64,000 nt of DNA. Source: an uncultured Microbacterium sp. (GTDB lineage: Bacteria > Actinomycetota > Actinomycetes > Actinomycetales > Microbacteriaceae). The number at the start of each line of letters is the position of its first letter. Position 1 is the stretch's first letter. The notes under the pieces were generated by a model. It made no database searches and had not been told where the DNA came from. It saw only the letters and a list, made by a program, of their open reading frames with translations. Position numbers and translations under genes: made by a program. Positions 9,692 through 17,927 of this stretch are shown piece by piece. The stretch spans positions 11,340 through 75,339 of the forward strand of contig NZ_CANROA010000003.1 in NCBI RefSeq assembly GCF_947632095.1, written 5' to 3'.

Positions 9692-10854
9692 AGCTGATGC
9701 CCGAGTTTGTACTCGCCCTGCTTGTACTCCGGTATCGACTCCTCGCCCTCGTCGCGGCGCGTGTAGGAGAAGCCGTCCGCGCCGATCGTGACGGCCATCT
9801 CGCTGTCATCGGTGCGGGCGATGACGGGCTGCGGGTTTCCGTCGAGATCGAGCACGAGCGAGGCATCCGTGTACCAGGAGGGGACCACGGGGTTGCCCCA
9901 CCAGTCGCGGCGCTGATTGTCGTGCACATCCCACGTGACGACGGGGTTATCGGGGTCGCCGGTGTAGTAGTCCTGGGTGTACACCTCGACGCGGTGCCCG
10001 TCGGGGTCGCGCAGATACAGGTAGAAGGCGTTCGAGACGCCGTGGCGGCCGGGGCCGCGCTCGATGGCATCCGACCGGCGCAGTGCGCCGAGCTTGTCGC
10101 AGATCGCGAGGATGTTGTGCTTCTCGTGCGTCGCGAAGCACACATGATGCATGCGCGGGCCGTCGCCGCCCGTCATGGCTGTGTCGTGCACGGTGGGCTT
10201 GCGGCGCATCCACGCGGCGTACACCGTGCCCTCCTCATCCTGGATGTCCTCCGTGACGCGGAAGCCGAGATCCTGCATGTGCTTCACGGCACGCGGAACA
10301 TCGGGAGTCACCTGGTTGAAGTGATCGAGGCGCACGAGCTCGCCCGGAATGTGCAGGTCGTACCGCCAGGACATCCGCTCGACGTGCTCGGCCTGGTAGA
10401 AGAACTCGTAGGGGAATCCGAGGGGATCGACGACGCGCACCGAATCCCCGATGCCGGTGACGAAGCCGTCGCTCCTGCGGCGCACATCGCAGCCGAGCTC
10501 GGTGTAGAACGCGACGGCGCGGTCGAGGTCCTCGGGGGTGCGCACACGATAGGAGAAGGCGGCCACCGCGGCGACGGGGCCCTTGCGCAGCACGAGGTTG
10601 TGGTGGATGAACTCCTCGGTAGAGCGCAGGTAGATCGACTCGTCGTCCTCGGCCGTGACGTACAGGCCGAGCACGTCGACGTAGAACTGACGGGATGCCG
10701 CGAGGTCGGTGACCACGAGCTCCATATACGCGCAGCGCAGGATGTCGGGCGGCGAGGCCTGCGGAGTGGCGATCGGATTGTCGGTCTGGATCGGCGCCTC
10801 CTGGCTCACGTAGTAACCGGAGGAGGTCAGGGTCATGTCTTCACGGTTCGTCAT
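9688..10854 (-). CDS. hpaD: Homoprotocatechuate (3,4-dihydroxyphenylacetate) 2,3-dioxygenase, VOC fold (Brevibacterium/Arthrobacter type)
   Basis: PDILRCAYMELVVTDL; metal ligand motifs LDHFNQ, MHHVCF, RVEVY; GPGRHGVSNAFYLYLRDPDGH. Confidence 0.95.
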   Translation of the reverse strand: MTNREDMTLTSSGYYVSQEAPIQTDNPIATPQASPPDILRCAYMELVVTDLAASRQFYVDVLGLYVTAEDDESIYLRSTEEFIHHNLVLRKGPVAAVAAFSYRVRTPEDLDRAVAFYTELGCDVRRRSDGFVTGIGDSVRVVDPLGFPYEFFYQAEHVERMSWRYDLHIPGELVRLDHFNQVTPDVPRAVKHMQDLGFRVTEDIQDEEGTVYAAWMRRKPTVHDTAMTGGDGPRMHHVCFATHEKHNILAICDKLGALRRSDAIERGPGRHGVSNAFYLYLRDPDGHRVEVYTQDYYTGDPDNPVVTWDVHDNQRRDWWGNPVVPSWYTDASLVLDLDGNPQPVIARTDDSEMAVTIGADGFSYTRRDEGEESIPEYKQGEYKLGHQL

Positions 10855-10864
10855 GTCAGCGTCC

Positions 10865-12361
10865 TCACTGCTTTCCGAAAACGGGGTTGTGGACCTCGCC
10901 GAGATTGATGTGCACGGCCTGCTGGTCGGTGTAGAAATCGATCGAACGGTAGCCGCCCTCGTGGCCGAGGCCGGAGGCCTTGACCCCTCCGAACGGGGTG
11001 CGCAGATCCCGCACATTGTTGGAGTTCAGCCAGACCATTCCGGCCTCGACCGCGGCGGCGAAGTTGTGCGCGCGCTTGAGATCGTTCGTCCAGATGTACG
11101 CAGCAAGCCCATAGCGGGTGTTGTTCGCCAGAGCCAGGGCCTCGGCATCATCATCGAACGGCGTGATCGCGACGACCGGCCCGAAGATCTCCTCCTGGAA
11201 GATCCGCGCCTCGGGGGACACATCGGCGAACACGGTCGGGGCGACGAAGTTCCCGGTCTCGAAACCCTCCGGGCGGCCGCCGCCGGCGACGAGGCGCCCC
11301 TCGCTCCTGCCGATCTCGACGTAGCTCATGACCTTCTCGTAGTGCTCCGGGTGCACGAGAGCGCCGACCTCGGTGGCGGGGTCGTTCGGATAGCCGACCT
11401 TCACGCGCTTCGCCTGCGCCGCGTAGCGCTCGACGAACTCCTCGTAGATCGAGCGCTCGACAAGAATGCGGGATCCCGCGGTGCAGCGCTCGCCGTTGAG
11501 GGAGAACACTCCGAAGACGGTCGCGTTGATCGCGGCATCCAGGTCGGCGTCGGCGAAGACGACGGCGGGGGACTTCCCGCCCAGCTCCATCGACAGTCCC
11601 TTGAGGTGCGGGGCGGCATTGCCGAAGATGATCTGCCCGGTGCGGCTCTCGCCCGTGAACGAGATGAGCGGGACATCCGGATGCTTCACCAGCGCATCGC
11701 CGGCATCTTCGCCGAGTCCGTTGACGAGGTTGAAGACGCCCTTCGGCAGCCCCGCCTCTTCGAAGATGCCCGCCCACAGCGAAGCCGACAGGGGAGTGAA
11801 CTCCGCCGGCTTCAGGACGACGGTGTTTCCGGTCGCGAGCGCGGGGCCGAGCTTCCACGACTCGAGCATGAACGGGGTGTTCCACGGGGTGATGAGGCCC
11901 GCGACGCCGATCGGCTTGCGATTGACGTAGTTGATCTGGCGGCCGGGAACCTTGTAGGTGTCATCGGCCTGCGCGACGATCAGATCGGCGAAGAAGCGGA
12001 AGTTCTCCGCCGCACGTCGCGCCTGGCCGAGGGCCTGCGTGATCGGCAGGCCCGAGTCGAAGGACTCCAGCTCCGCCAGACGTGCATCGCGGGACTCGAC
12101 GATGTCGGCGATGCGGTGCAGCACGCGCGATCGCTCACGCGGCAGCATCTTCGGCCACGGCCCCTCGTCGAAGGCGCGCTTGGCCGCGGCGACGGCGCGG
12201 TCGATGTCGGCCTTCTTGCCGGCGGCGGCCGTCGTGTAGGTGTCGTTCGTGACGGGGTCGAGCACATCGAAGACATCGCCATCGGTCGAATCGACGAATT
12301 CGCCATCGATGTAGTGCCGGATGCGGTCCGGCAGGTCGTGCGGGATGCGGTTATCGGTCAT
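10865..12361 (-). CDS. hpaE: 5-carboxymethyl-2-hydroxymuconate semialdehyde dehydrogenase
   Basis: ALDH motifs PWNTPFML, SFTGES, MELGGKSP, FSLNGERCTAGSR, EEIFGP; position in hpa operon. Confidence 0.92.
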   Translation of the reverse strand: MTDNRIPHDLPDRIRHYIDGEFVDSTDGDVFDVLDPVTNDTYTTAAAGKKADIDRAVAAAKRAFDEGPWPKMLPRERSRVLHRIADIVESRDARLAELESFDSGLPITQALGQARRAAENFRFFADLIVAQADDTYKVPGRQINYVNRKPIGVAGLITPWNTPFMLESWKLGPALATGNTVVLKPAEFTPLSASLWAGIFEEAGLPKGVFNLVNGLGEDAGDALVKHPDVPLISFTGESRTGQIIFGNAAPHLKGLSMELGGKSPAVVFADADLDAAINATVFGVFSLNGERCTAGSRILVERSIYEEFVERYAAQAKRVKVGYPNDPATEVGALVHPEHYEKVMSYVEIGRSEGRLVAGGGRPEGFETGNFVAPTVFADVSPEARIFQEEIFGPVVAITPFDDDAEALALANNTRYGLAAYIWTNDLKRAHNFAAAVEAGMVWLNSNNVRDLRTPFGGVKASGLGHEGGYRSIDFYTDQQAVHINLGEVHNPVFGKQ

Positions 12362-12374
12362 GATTCCTCCGGTA

Positions 12375-13055
12375 TCAGTGCGCGGGTGCGCTGACGGCGT
12401 CGTCGGCACGGGTGCGCTCATGGTCGAGATAGGCGTCGAGAGTGGATGCGTGGTGCTGGCGTGCGGCCTGTTCGATCCGTTCGATCGGGGCGCCGCTTTC
12501 GATGAGCGCGATGATCTGCTCGTGCTCGCGAACGGAATCGTGCGCGCGGCCGGGCACGAAGCTGAACGTCGAGTCGTGCAGGCGGTTCAATCGCTGCATC
12601 TCGAGCGTGACGAGCTCGTGCAGGCGCGGGTTCGGGCACGGCGCGATGAGGGTTTCGTGGAACTCCTGGTTGAGCTGAGTGAACGCCGAGGGGGTGAAGT
12701 GCGCGAGCGTCTCGATCATCCGGTCGTTGATGGCACGAGCGCGCGCGATGTCGTCGACCGTGAGATGGGGGGCGGCGAGCGCGGTCGCACTGCCCTCGAG
12801 GACCGCGAGCGTCTCCATGCTGTGCCGGTACTGCCGATCATCGACCATGGCGACGCGTGCGCCGATGTTGTGCTCGAACTGCACGAGCCCCTCGGCCTCG
12901 AGCTGGCGGATCGCCTCGCGCACCGGCACCGCGCTCATGTCGAGCTCGGCGGCGATGCTGCCGAGTACGAGGCGGTACCCGGGGGTGAAGGTCTGCGCCG
13001 CGATGCGCTCCTTGATCCAGTGGTATGCCTGCTGGGATTTGCTCATCGTCTTCAT
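12375..13055 (-). CDS. GntR/FCD family transcriptional regulator (probable hpa regulator)
   Basis: SKSQQAYHWIKERI...PGYRL...MSAVPVREAIRQLEAEGLV HTH; C-terminal FCD domain (NQEFH, EHEQII). Confidence 0.9.
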   Translation of the reverse strand: MKTMSKSQQAYHWIKERIAAQTFTPGYRLVLGSIAAELDMSAVPVREAIRQLEAEGLVQFEHNIGARVAMVDDRQYRHSMETLAVLEGSATALAAPHLTVDDIARARAINDRMIETLAHFTPSAFTQLNQEFHETLIAPCPNPRLHELVTLEMQRLNRLHDSTFSFVPGRAHDSVREHEQIIALIESGAPIERIEQAARQHHASTLDAYLDHERTRADDAVSAPAH

Positions 13056-14491
13056 TCGCGGCCTTCGTACTTCGCGCGCCATTCGGCGTTCATCGGGAAA
13101 AGTCCATCGACGGGATGCCCCGCCTGCACCTGCGTGGCGATCCACGCATCTTCATCCTCCTGCGCGATCGCGGCGTCGGCGACCTCCTCGGCGAGGTGCG
13201 GGGGGATGACGATCACGCCATCGCCGTCTCCGACGATGATGTCGCCGGGCTGGACGGCCGCGCCGCCGCAGGCGATCGTGACATCGACGTCCCAGGGGAC
13301 GTGGCGACGGCCGAGCACCGAGGGGTGGGCGCCCCGGGAGAACACGGGTAGCCCGATGCGGGCCACTTCGTCGTGGTCGCGGACACCGCCGTCGGTGACG
13401 ACGCCGTCAGCGCCCCGCGCGACGGCGCGGAGCGCCAGGATGTCGCCGAGCGTGCCGGTCGTGGAGTCGCCGCGGGCTTCGATCACGATGATCTCCCCCT
13501 CGCCGACGGCGTCGAACAGCCGCTTCTGCGCGTTGTAGCCGCCGCCGTGGCTGGCGAAGAGGTCCTCTCGTGCGGGGATGAAGCGCAGAGTTCGGGCTGC
13601 GCCGACGATCTTCGCATCGGGAAGGTTCGCCGCGACGCCGTCGATGAAGCAGTGGTGGTGGCCGCGCTTGCGCAACTGGGCCGAGAGTCCGGCGGTCGGA
13701 GCCTGCTCGAGCTTCGCGCGCAGGTCGGCGGATAGCGCGGGAGCCGTTTCCGGCGTCGTCGGGGGCGTGCCCCAGGCCTCGCTGCGCTGTGTGTCATCGA
13801 CCGTCGGGAGTGAGCCGAGGCTCGGGTCGAACGGGGTGTCGCCCTGCGTCACGGTCGTGACGAGCCGGCCGGACGTGGGGGCGCCGGGGGCGGAGGGGGC
13901 GTCGACCTCGACCTCGACGACATCGCCCGGAACGATGACCGATGAGCCCGCGGGCGTCCCCGTGAGGATGACATCCCCGGTTTCGAGGGTGAAGTGCTGG
14001 GAGAGATCGGCGACGAGCTGGGCGAGGGGGAAGACGAGGCCGGCCGAGTCATCGTCCTGGCGCAGTTCGCCGTTGACCCAGGTGCGCACCCGGATGCTGT
14101 CGGGGTCGACGTCGTGCGCATCGATGAGGGACGGCCCGAGGGGCGTGTAGCCATCGCCGCCCTTGGAGCGAACGTTCGAGCCCTTGTCATTGGCGCGCAG
14201 ATCGTAGAGGCCGAGGTCGTTGGCCGCGGTGATGGATGCCACGTGGGACCAGGCATCCTCGAGGGGGACATGGCGGGCCGGGGCGCCGATGATGAGGGCG
14301 ATCTCTCCCTCGAACGCCAGCAGCTCCGTGCCCGCGGGGCGCTCGACCGTGCCGCCGGATGCCGCGACGGAGCTCGGCGCCTTGAAGAAGTAGGACGGGT
14401 GCGCAGGGCGGCGCCCGCGCTGCTCGGCGCGCGAGGCGTAGCTGAGGTGGATCGCGATGATCTTGCCGGGGCGGGGGATCAGGTCGGTCAC
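13052..14491 (-). CDS. hpaG: Fumarylacetoacetate-hydrolase family (HpaG-like) protein fused to an RraA/HMG-aldolase-like domain
   Basis: N-terminal FAH motifs (FFKAPSS, FEGEIA, ANDL, KGGDGYTPLGP, GDVILTGTP); C-terminal RraA-like motifs (GAARTLRF, GDILALRA, DGGVRD, QPGDIIVGDGDGVIVIP). Confidence 0.8.
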   Translation of the reverse strand: MTDLIPRPGKIIAIHLSYASRAEQRGRRPAHPSYFFKAPSSVAASGGTVERPAGTELLAFEGEIALIIGAPARHVPLEDAWSHVASITAANDLGLYDLRANDKGSNVRSKGGDGYTPLGPSLIDAHDVDPDSIRVRTWVNGELRQDDDSAGLVFPLAQLVADLSQHFTLETGDVILTGTPAGSSVIVPGDVVEVEVDAPSAPGAPTSGRLVTTVTQGDTPFDPSLGSLPTVDDTQRSEAWGTPPTTPETAPALSADLRAKLEQAPTAGLSAQLRKRGHHHCFIDGVAANLPDAKIVGAARTLRFIPAREDLFASHGGGYNAQKRLFDAVGEGEIIVIEARGDSTTGTLGDILALRAVARGADGVVTDGGVRDHDEVARIGLPVFSRGAHPSVLGRRHVPWDVDVTIACGGAAVQPGDIIVGDGDGVIVIPPHLAEEVADAAIAQEDEDAWIATQVQAGHPVDGLFPMNAEWRAKYEGRE

Positions 14492-14613
14492 GTCGGGCGC
14501 CTCCTTGCGTCGTCGTCATCACCCTTGTGCGATGTATTCGAAATCGTATATCATCCTGGCGTCAGGGGGCAAGCACACCGACAACCGACAACGACGTCAC
14601 ACAAGGAGCTTCA

Positions 14614-15987
14614 ATGACTGACAAGCCCGGGTTTACTCCGACCGGCACGATCGCCACCGCGGCAGACCGCAGACGCGTGGTCTTCGCGACAGTGGTGGGC
14701 ACCACCGTCGAGTGGTACGACTTCTTCATCTACGCCACGGCCGTCGGCCTGGTCTTCGGGCAGCTCTTCTTCTCCGCGCTCGGTACGAACACCGTCATCC
14801 TCGGATTCGCCACCGTCGGCATCAGCTTCCTGTTCCGCCCGCTCGGAGCATTCCTCGCCGGGCACTTCGGCGACAAGCTGGGACGCAAGCGCGTGCTCAT
14901 GTGGACGCTGATCCTCATGGGAGCCGCCACGGCACTGATCGGTCTTCTTCCGACTGCCGAGGTCATCGGCATCGGCGCCCCGATCCTGCTCGTCTTCCTC
15001 CGTATCCTCCAGGGAATCTCCGCCGGCGGCGAATGGGGCGGCGCGGTACTCATGGCCGTCGAGCACGCGCCCAAGAAGCGGCGCGGCATCTTCGGCGCCT
15101 CGCCCCAGATCGGCGTTCCCCTCGGGCTCCTCCTCGCCTCGGGCGTCATGGCGATCATGACCGCGATCGCACCGGGAGACGCCTTCCTCGCATGGGGATG
15201 GCGCATCCCGTTCCTGCTCAGCGTCGTTCTGATCCTCATCGGCCACTATGTGCGCCGCAACGTCGAGGAGAGCCCGGTGTTCGCCGAGCTCGCCGAGCGC
15301 AAGGAGAAGGCGAACATGCCGATCGTGCAGCTGTTCCGCAAGCACGCACTCCTCGTGCTGATCGCCGCCCTCGTCTTCGCCGGCAACAACGCGGTCGGTT
15401 ACATGACCACCGGCGGCTACATCCAGGGATACGCCACCGACCCCGAGGGGCCGATCGGTCTCGACCGCGGTCCGGTGCTGTGGGCCGTCACCGGCTCCGC
15501 CGTGACCTGGCTGCTCACGACGCTCCTGGCCGGATGGGTGTGCGACCGCATCGGCCGGCGGACGACCTACATCATCGGCTGGGTCCTCCAGCTCGGCGGT
15601 GTCGCACTGCTGTTCCCGCTGGTCAACACCGGCAGCGTCGGCGCGCTGTTCGCCGCCCTCGCGATCCTCACGATCGGCCTCGGATTCACCTACGGACCGC
15701 AGGCCGCGCTGTACGCCGAGCTGTTCCCGGCATCCATCCGGTTCTCTGGCGTCTCGATCTCCTATGCGATCGGCGCGATCCTCGGTGGCGCGTTCGCCCC
15801 GACGATCGCCGCGGCCATCGTGAATGCGACCGGGTCGACGGATGCCGTCACCTGGTATCTCGCCGGCATGACCCTCATCGGTCTCATCGCCACCCTCCTG
15901 CTGCGCGACCGCAGCGGGATCCCGCTGGGCCCCGACCATGAGCAGGAGCAGGCCATCAGCCCGATCCGCGGTCTCGCCCGCGCCTGA
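14614..15987 (+). CDS. MFS transporter, metabolite:H+ symporter family (ShiA/ProP-like)
   Basis: GTTVEWYDFFIY, RPLGAFLAGHFGDKLGRK, LRILQGISAGGEWGGAVL; RBS AAGGAG. Confidence 0.9.
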   Translation: MTDKPGFTPTGTIATAADRRRVVFATVVGTTVEWYDFFIYATAVGLVFGQLFFSALGTNTVILGFATVGISFLFRPLGAFLAGHFGDKLGRKRVLMWTLILMGAATALIGLLPTAEVIGIGAPILLVFLRILQGISAGGEWGGAVLMAVEHAPKKRRGIFGASPQIGVPLGLLLASGVMAIMTAIAPGDAFLAWGWRIPFLLSVVLILIGHYVRRNVEESPVFAELAERKEKANMPIVQLFRKHALLVLIAALVFAGNNAVGYMTTGGYIQGYATDPEGPIGLDRGPVLWAVTGSAVTWLLTTLLAGWVCDRIGRRTTYIIGWVLQLGGVALLFPLVNTGSVGALFAALAILTIGLGFTYGPQAALYAELFPASIRFSGVSISYAIGAILGGAFAPTIAAAIVNATGSTDAVTWYLAGMTLIGLIATLLLRDRSGIPLGPDHEQEQAISPIRGLARA

Positions 15988-15997
15988 CGATGTGAGC

Positions 15998-16031
15998 CGC
16001 GGGGGCGGATGCCGCGGCATCCGCCCCCGCG
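15998..16031. repeat. Perfect 34-bp palindrome
   Basis: CGCGGGGGCGGATGCCG|CGGCATCCGCCCCCGCG between co-oriented MFS and monooxygenase genes. Confidence 0.85.
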
Positions 16032-16049
16032 AACGACGAAGGAGTACCG

Positions 16050-17921
16050 ATGCAGTTCCACCACCAGGGATACGTCTCGCAGGACCCGCGCACCGTTGCG
16101 GCAGCCGGCACCGGCATCGACCGGCCCGTCGACCTGCCGGAGGAGATGGACGTCCTCATCGTGGGGTCCGGCCCCGCGGGCATGCTGCTGGCCGCCCAGA
16201 TGGCGCAGTTCCCCACCATCACCACGCGCATCATCGAGAAGCGCGACGGCCGACTCGAGCTCGGACAGGCCGACGGCATCCAACCGCGCAGCGTCGAGAC
16301 CTTCCAGGCCTTCGGATTCGCCGAGCGCATCACCGCCGAGGCCTACAACATCGCCTTCATGAACTTCTGGGGCCCCGATCCCGAGAACCCCGATGAGATC
16401 ATCCGCACGACCCGCACCGAGGACTACGGCCTCAAGATCAGCGAATTCCCGCACCTCATCGTCAACCAGGCCCGCGTGCTCGACTACTTCGCCGAAGCCG
16501 CAGCCGCCGCGCCCGGCCGCATCGTGCCCGACTACGGCGTCGAATTCCTCGGCCTGACCACCCACCCCGACCGCGAGCATCCGGTCGAGGTCCGCATCCG
16601 ATACACCGTCGGAGAGCGCACGGGCCAGGAGCGCACGATCCACGCGAAATACGTCGTCGGCTGCGACGGCGCACGCAGCGGCGTGCGCGAAGCGATCGGC
16701 CGCACCCACGTGGGGGAGTTCGCGGCCCACGCCTGGGGCGTCATGGACGTGCTCGTCAACACCGACTTCCCCGACTGGCGCACCAAATGCGCGATCAACG
16801 CGAAGGCCGGGAACATCCTCCACATCCCCCGCGAGGGCGGATACCTCAGCCGCGTCTACGTCGACCTCGGCGAAGTCGCCGCCGACGACGACCACCGGGT
16901 GCGCCAGACGCCGATCGAAGCGGTCATCGCCAAGGCCAACGAGATCCTCCACCCCTACACGCTCGACGTGAAGGAGGTCGCGTGGTCGAGCGTCTACGAG
17001 GTCGGGCACCGCGTCACCGACGGATTCGACGACGTCTCCGGATCATCCGATCAAACGCCACGTGTCTTCCTCACCGGCGACGCCTGCCACACCCACAGTG
17101 CGAAAGCCGGCCAGGGCATGAACGTCTCCATGCAGGACGGCTTCAACCTCGGCTGGAAACTGGGCGCCGTCCTCACCAGGCGCAGCCCGGAGAGCCTGCT
17201 GCGCACCTATACCGACGAACGACAGCCCGTCGCCCAGCAGCTCATCGACTTCGACCGCGAATGGTCCAGCCTCATGGCCCGCAAGCCCGAGGAGATCTCC
17301 GACCCGCAGGAACTGTCGAACTACTATCTCGGCACCGCCGAATTCCCCTCCGGATTCATGACGCAATACGCACCCTCGATGATCACCGGCACCGATCGGC
17401 ATCAGGCGCTCGCCGCCGGCTTCCCCCTCGGCAAGCGCCTCAAATCCGCCGAGGTCGTGCGCGTCTGCGACGGCAACATCGTGCACCTCGGGCACCACGC
17501 CACGGCCGACGGGCGCTGGCGGGTGTACGCCTTCTCGGATGTCTCGGGGGAGGGCCTGCGCGACTGGGCGGCCAACGCCGCACCCCTGATCGCGGGCATC
17601 ACACCGGTGGGCGCTGACCCCGATGCCGTGATCGACGCGAAGGCCATCTACCAGCAGGCGTTCGAGGACGTCGTGCTGCTCGACACCCCGGAGCTGTTCC
17701 TGCCGAAATCCGGTGCGCTCGGACTCATCGACTGGGAGAAGGTCTACACCGCAACCCCCAACACCTGGACGGACACCGACCTCTTCGATGCGCGCGAGCT
17801 CTCCCGCGACGGCGTCGTGGTGGTCGTCCGTCCCGACCAGTACGTCGCCGCCGTGCTGCCGCTGGACGCGATCACCGAATTCGCGGAGTTCCTCGAGGGG
17901 GTCTTCCTGCCTGCCCGTTAA
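16050..17921 (+). CDS. Single-component FAD monooxygenase of the phenol hydroxylase / 3-hydroxybenzoate 4-monooxygenase (MobA) family
   Basis: MQFHHQGY N-terminus, VLIVGSGPAG, GQADGI, FLTGDACHTHSAKAGQGMNVSMQDGFNLGWKL, C-terminal thioredoxin-like VRPDQYV. Confidence 0.85.
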   Translation: MQFHHQGYVSQDPRTVAAAGTGIDRPVDLPEEMDVLIVGSGPAGMLLAAQMAQFPTITTRIIEKRDGRLELGQADGIQPRSVETFQAFGFAERITAEAYNIAFMNFWGPDPENPDEIIRTTRTEDYGLKISEFPHLIVNQARVLDYFAEAAAAAPGRIVPDYGVEFLGLTTHPDREHPVEVRIRYTVGERTGQERTIHAKYVVGCDGARSGVREAIGRTHVGEFAAHAWGVMDVLVNTDFPDWRTKCAINAKAGNILHIPREGGYLSRVYVDLGEVAADDDHRVRQTPIEAVIAKANEILHPYTLDVKEVAWSSVYEVGHRVTDGFDDVSGSSDQTPRVFLTGDACHTHSAKAGQGMNVSMQDGFNLGWKLGAVLTRRSPESLLRTYTDERQPVAQQLIDFDREWSSLMARKPEEISDPQELSNYYLGTAEFPSGFMTQYAPSMITGTDRHQALAAGFPLGKRLKSAEVVRVCDGNIVHLGHHATADGRWRVYAFSDVSGEGLRDWAANAAPLIAGITPVGADPDAVIDAKAIYQQAFEDVVLLDTPELFLPKSGALGLIDWEKVYTATPNTWTDTDLFDARELSRDGVVVVVRPDQYVAAVLPLDAITEFAEFLEGVFLPAR

Positions 17922-17927
17922 ACGCGG

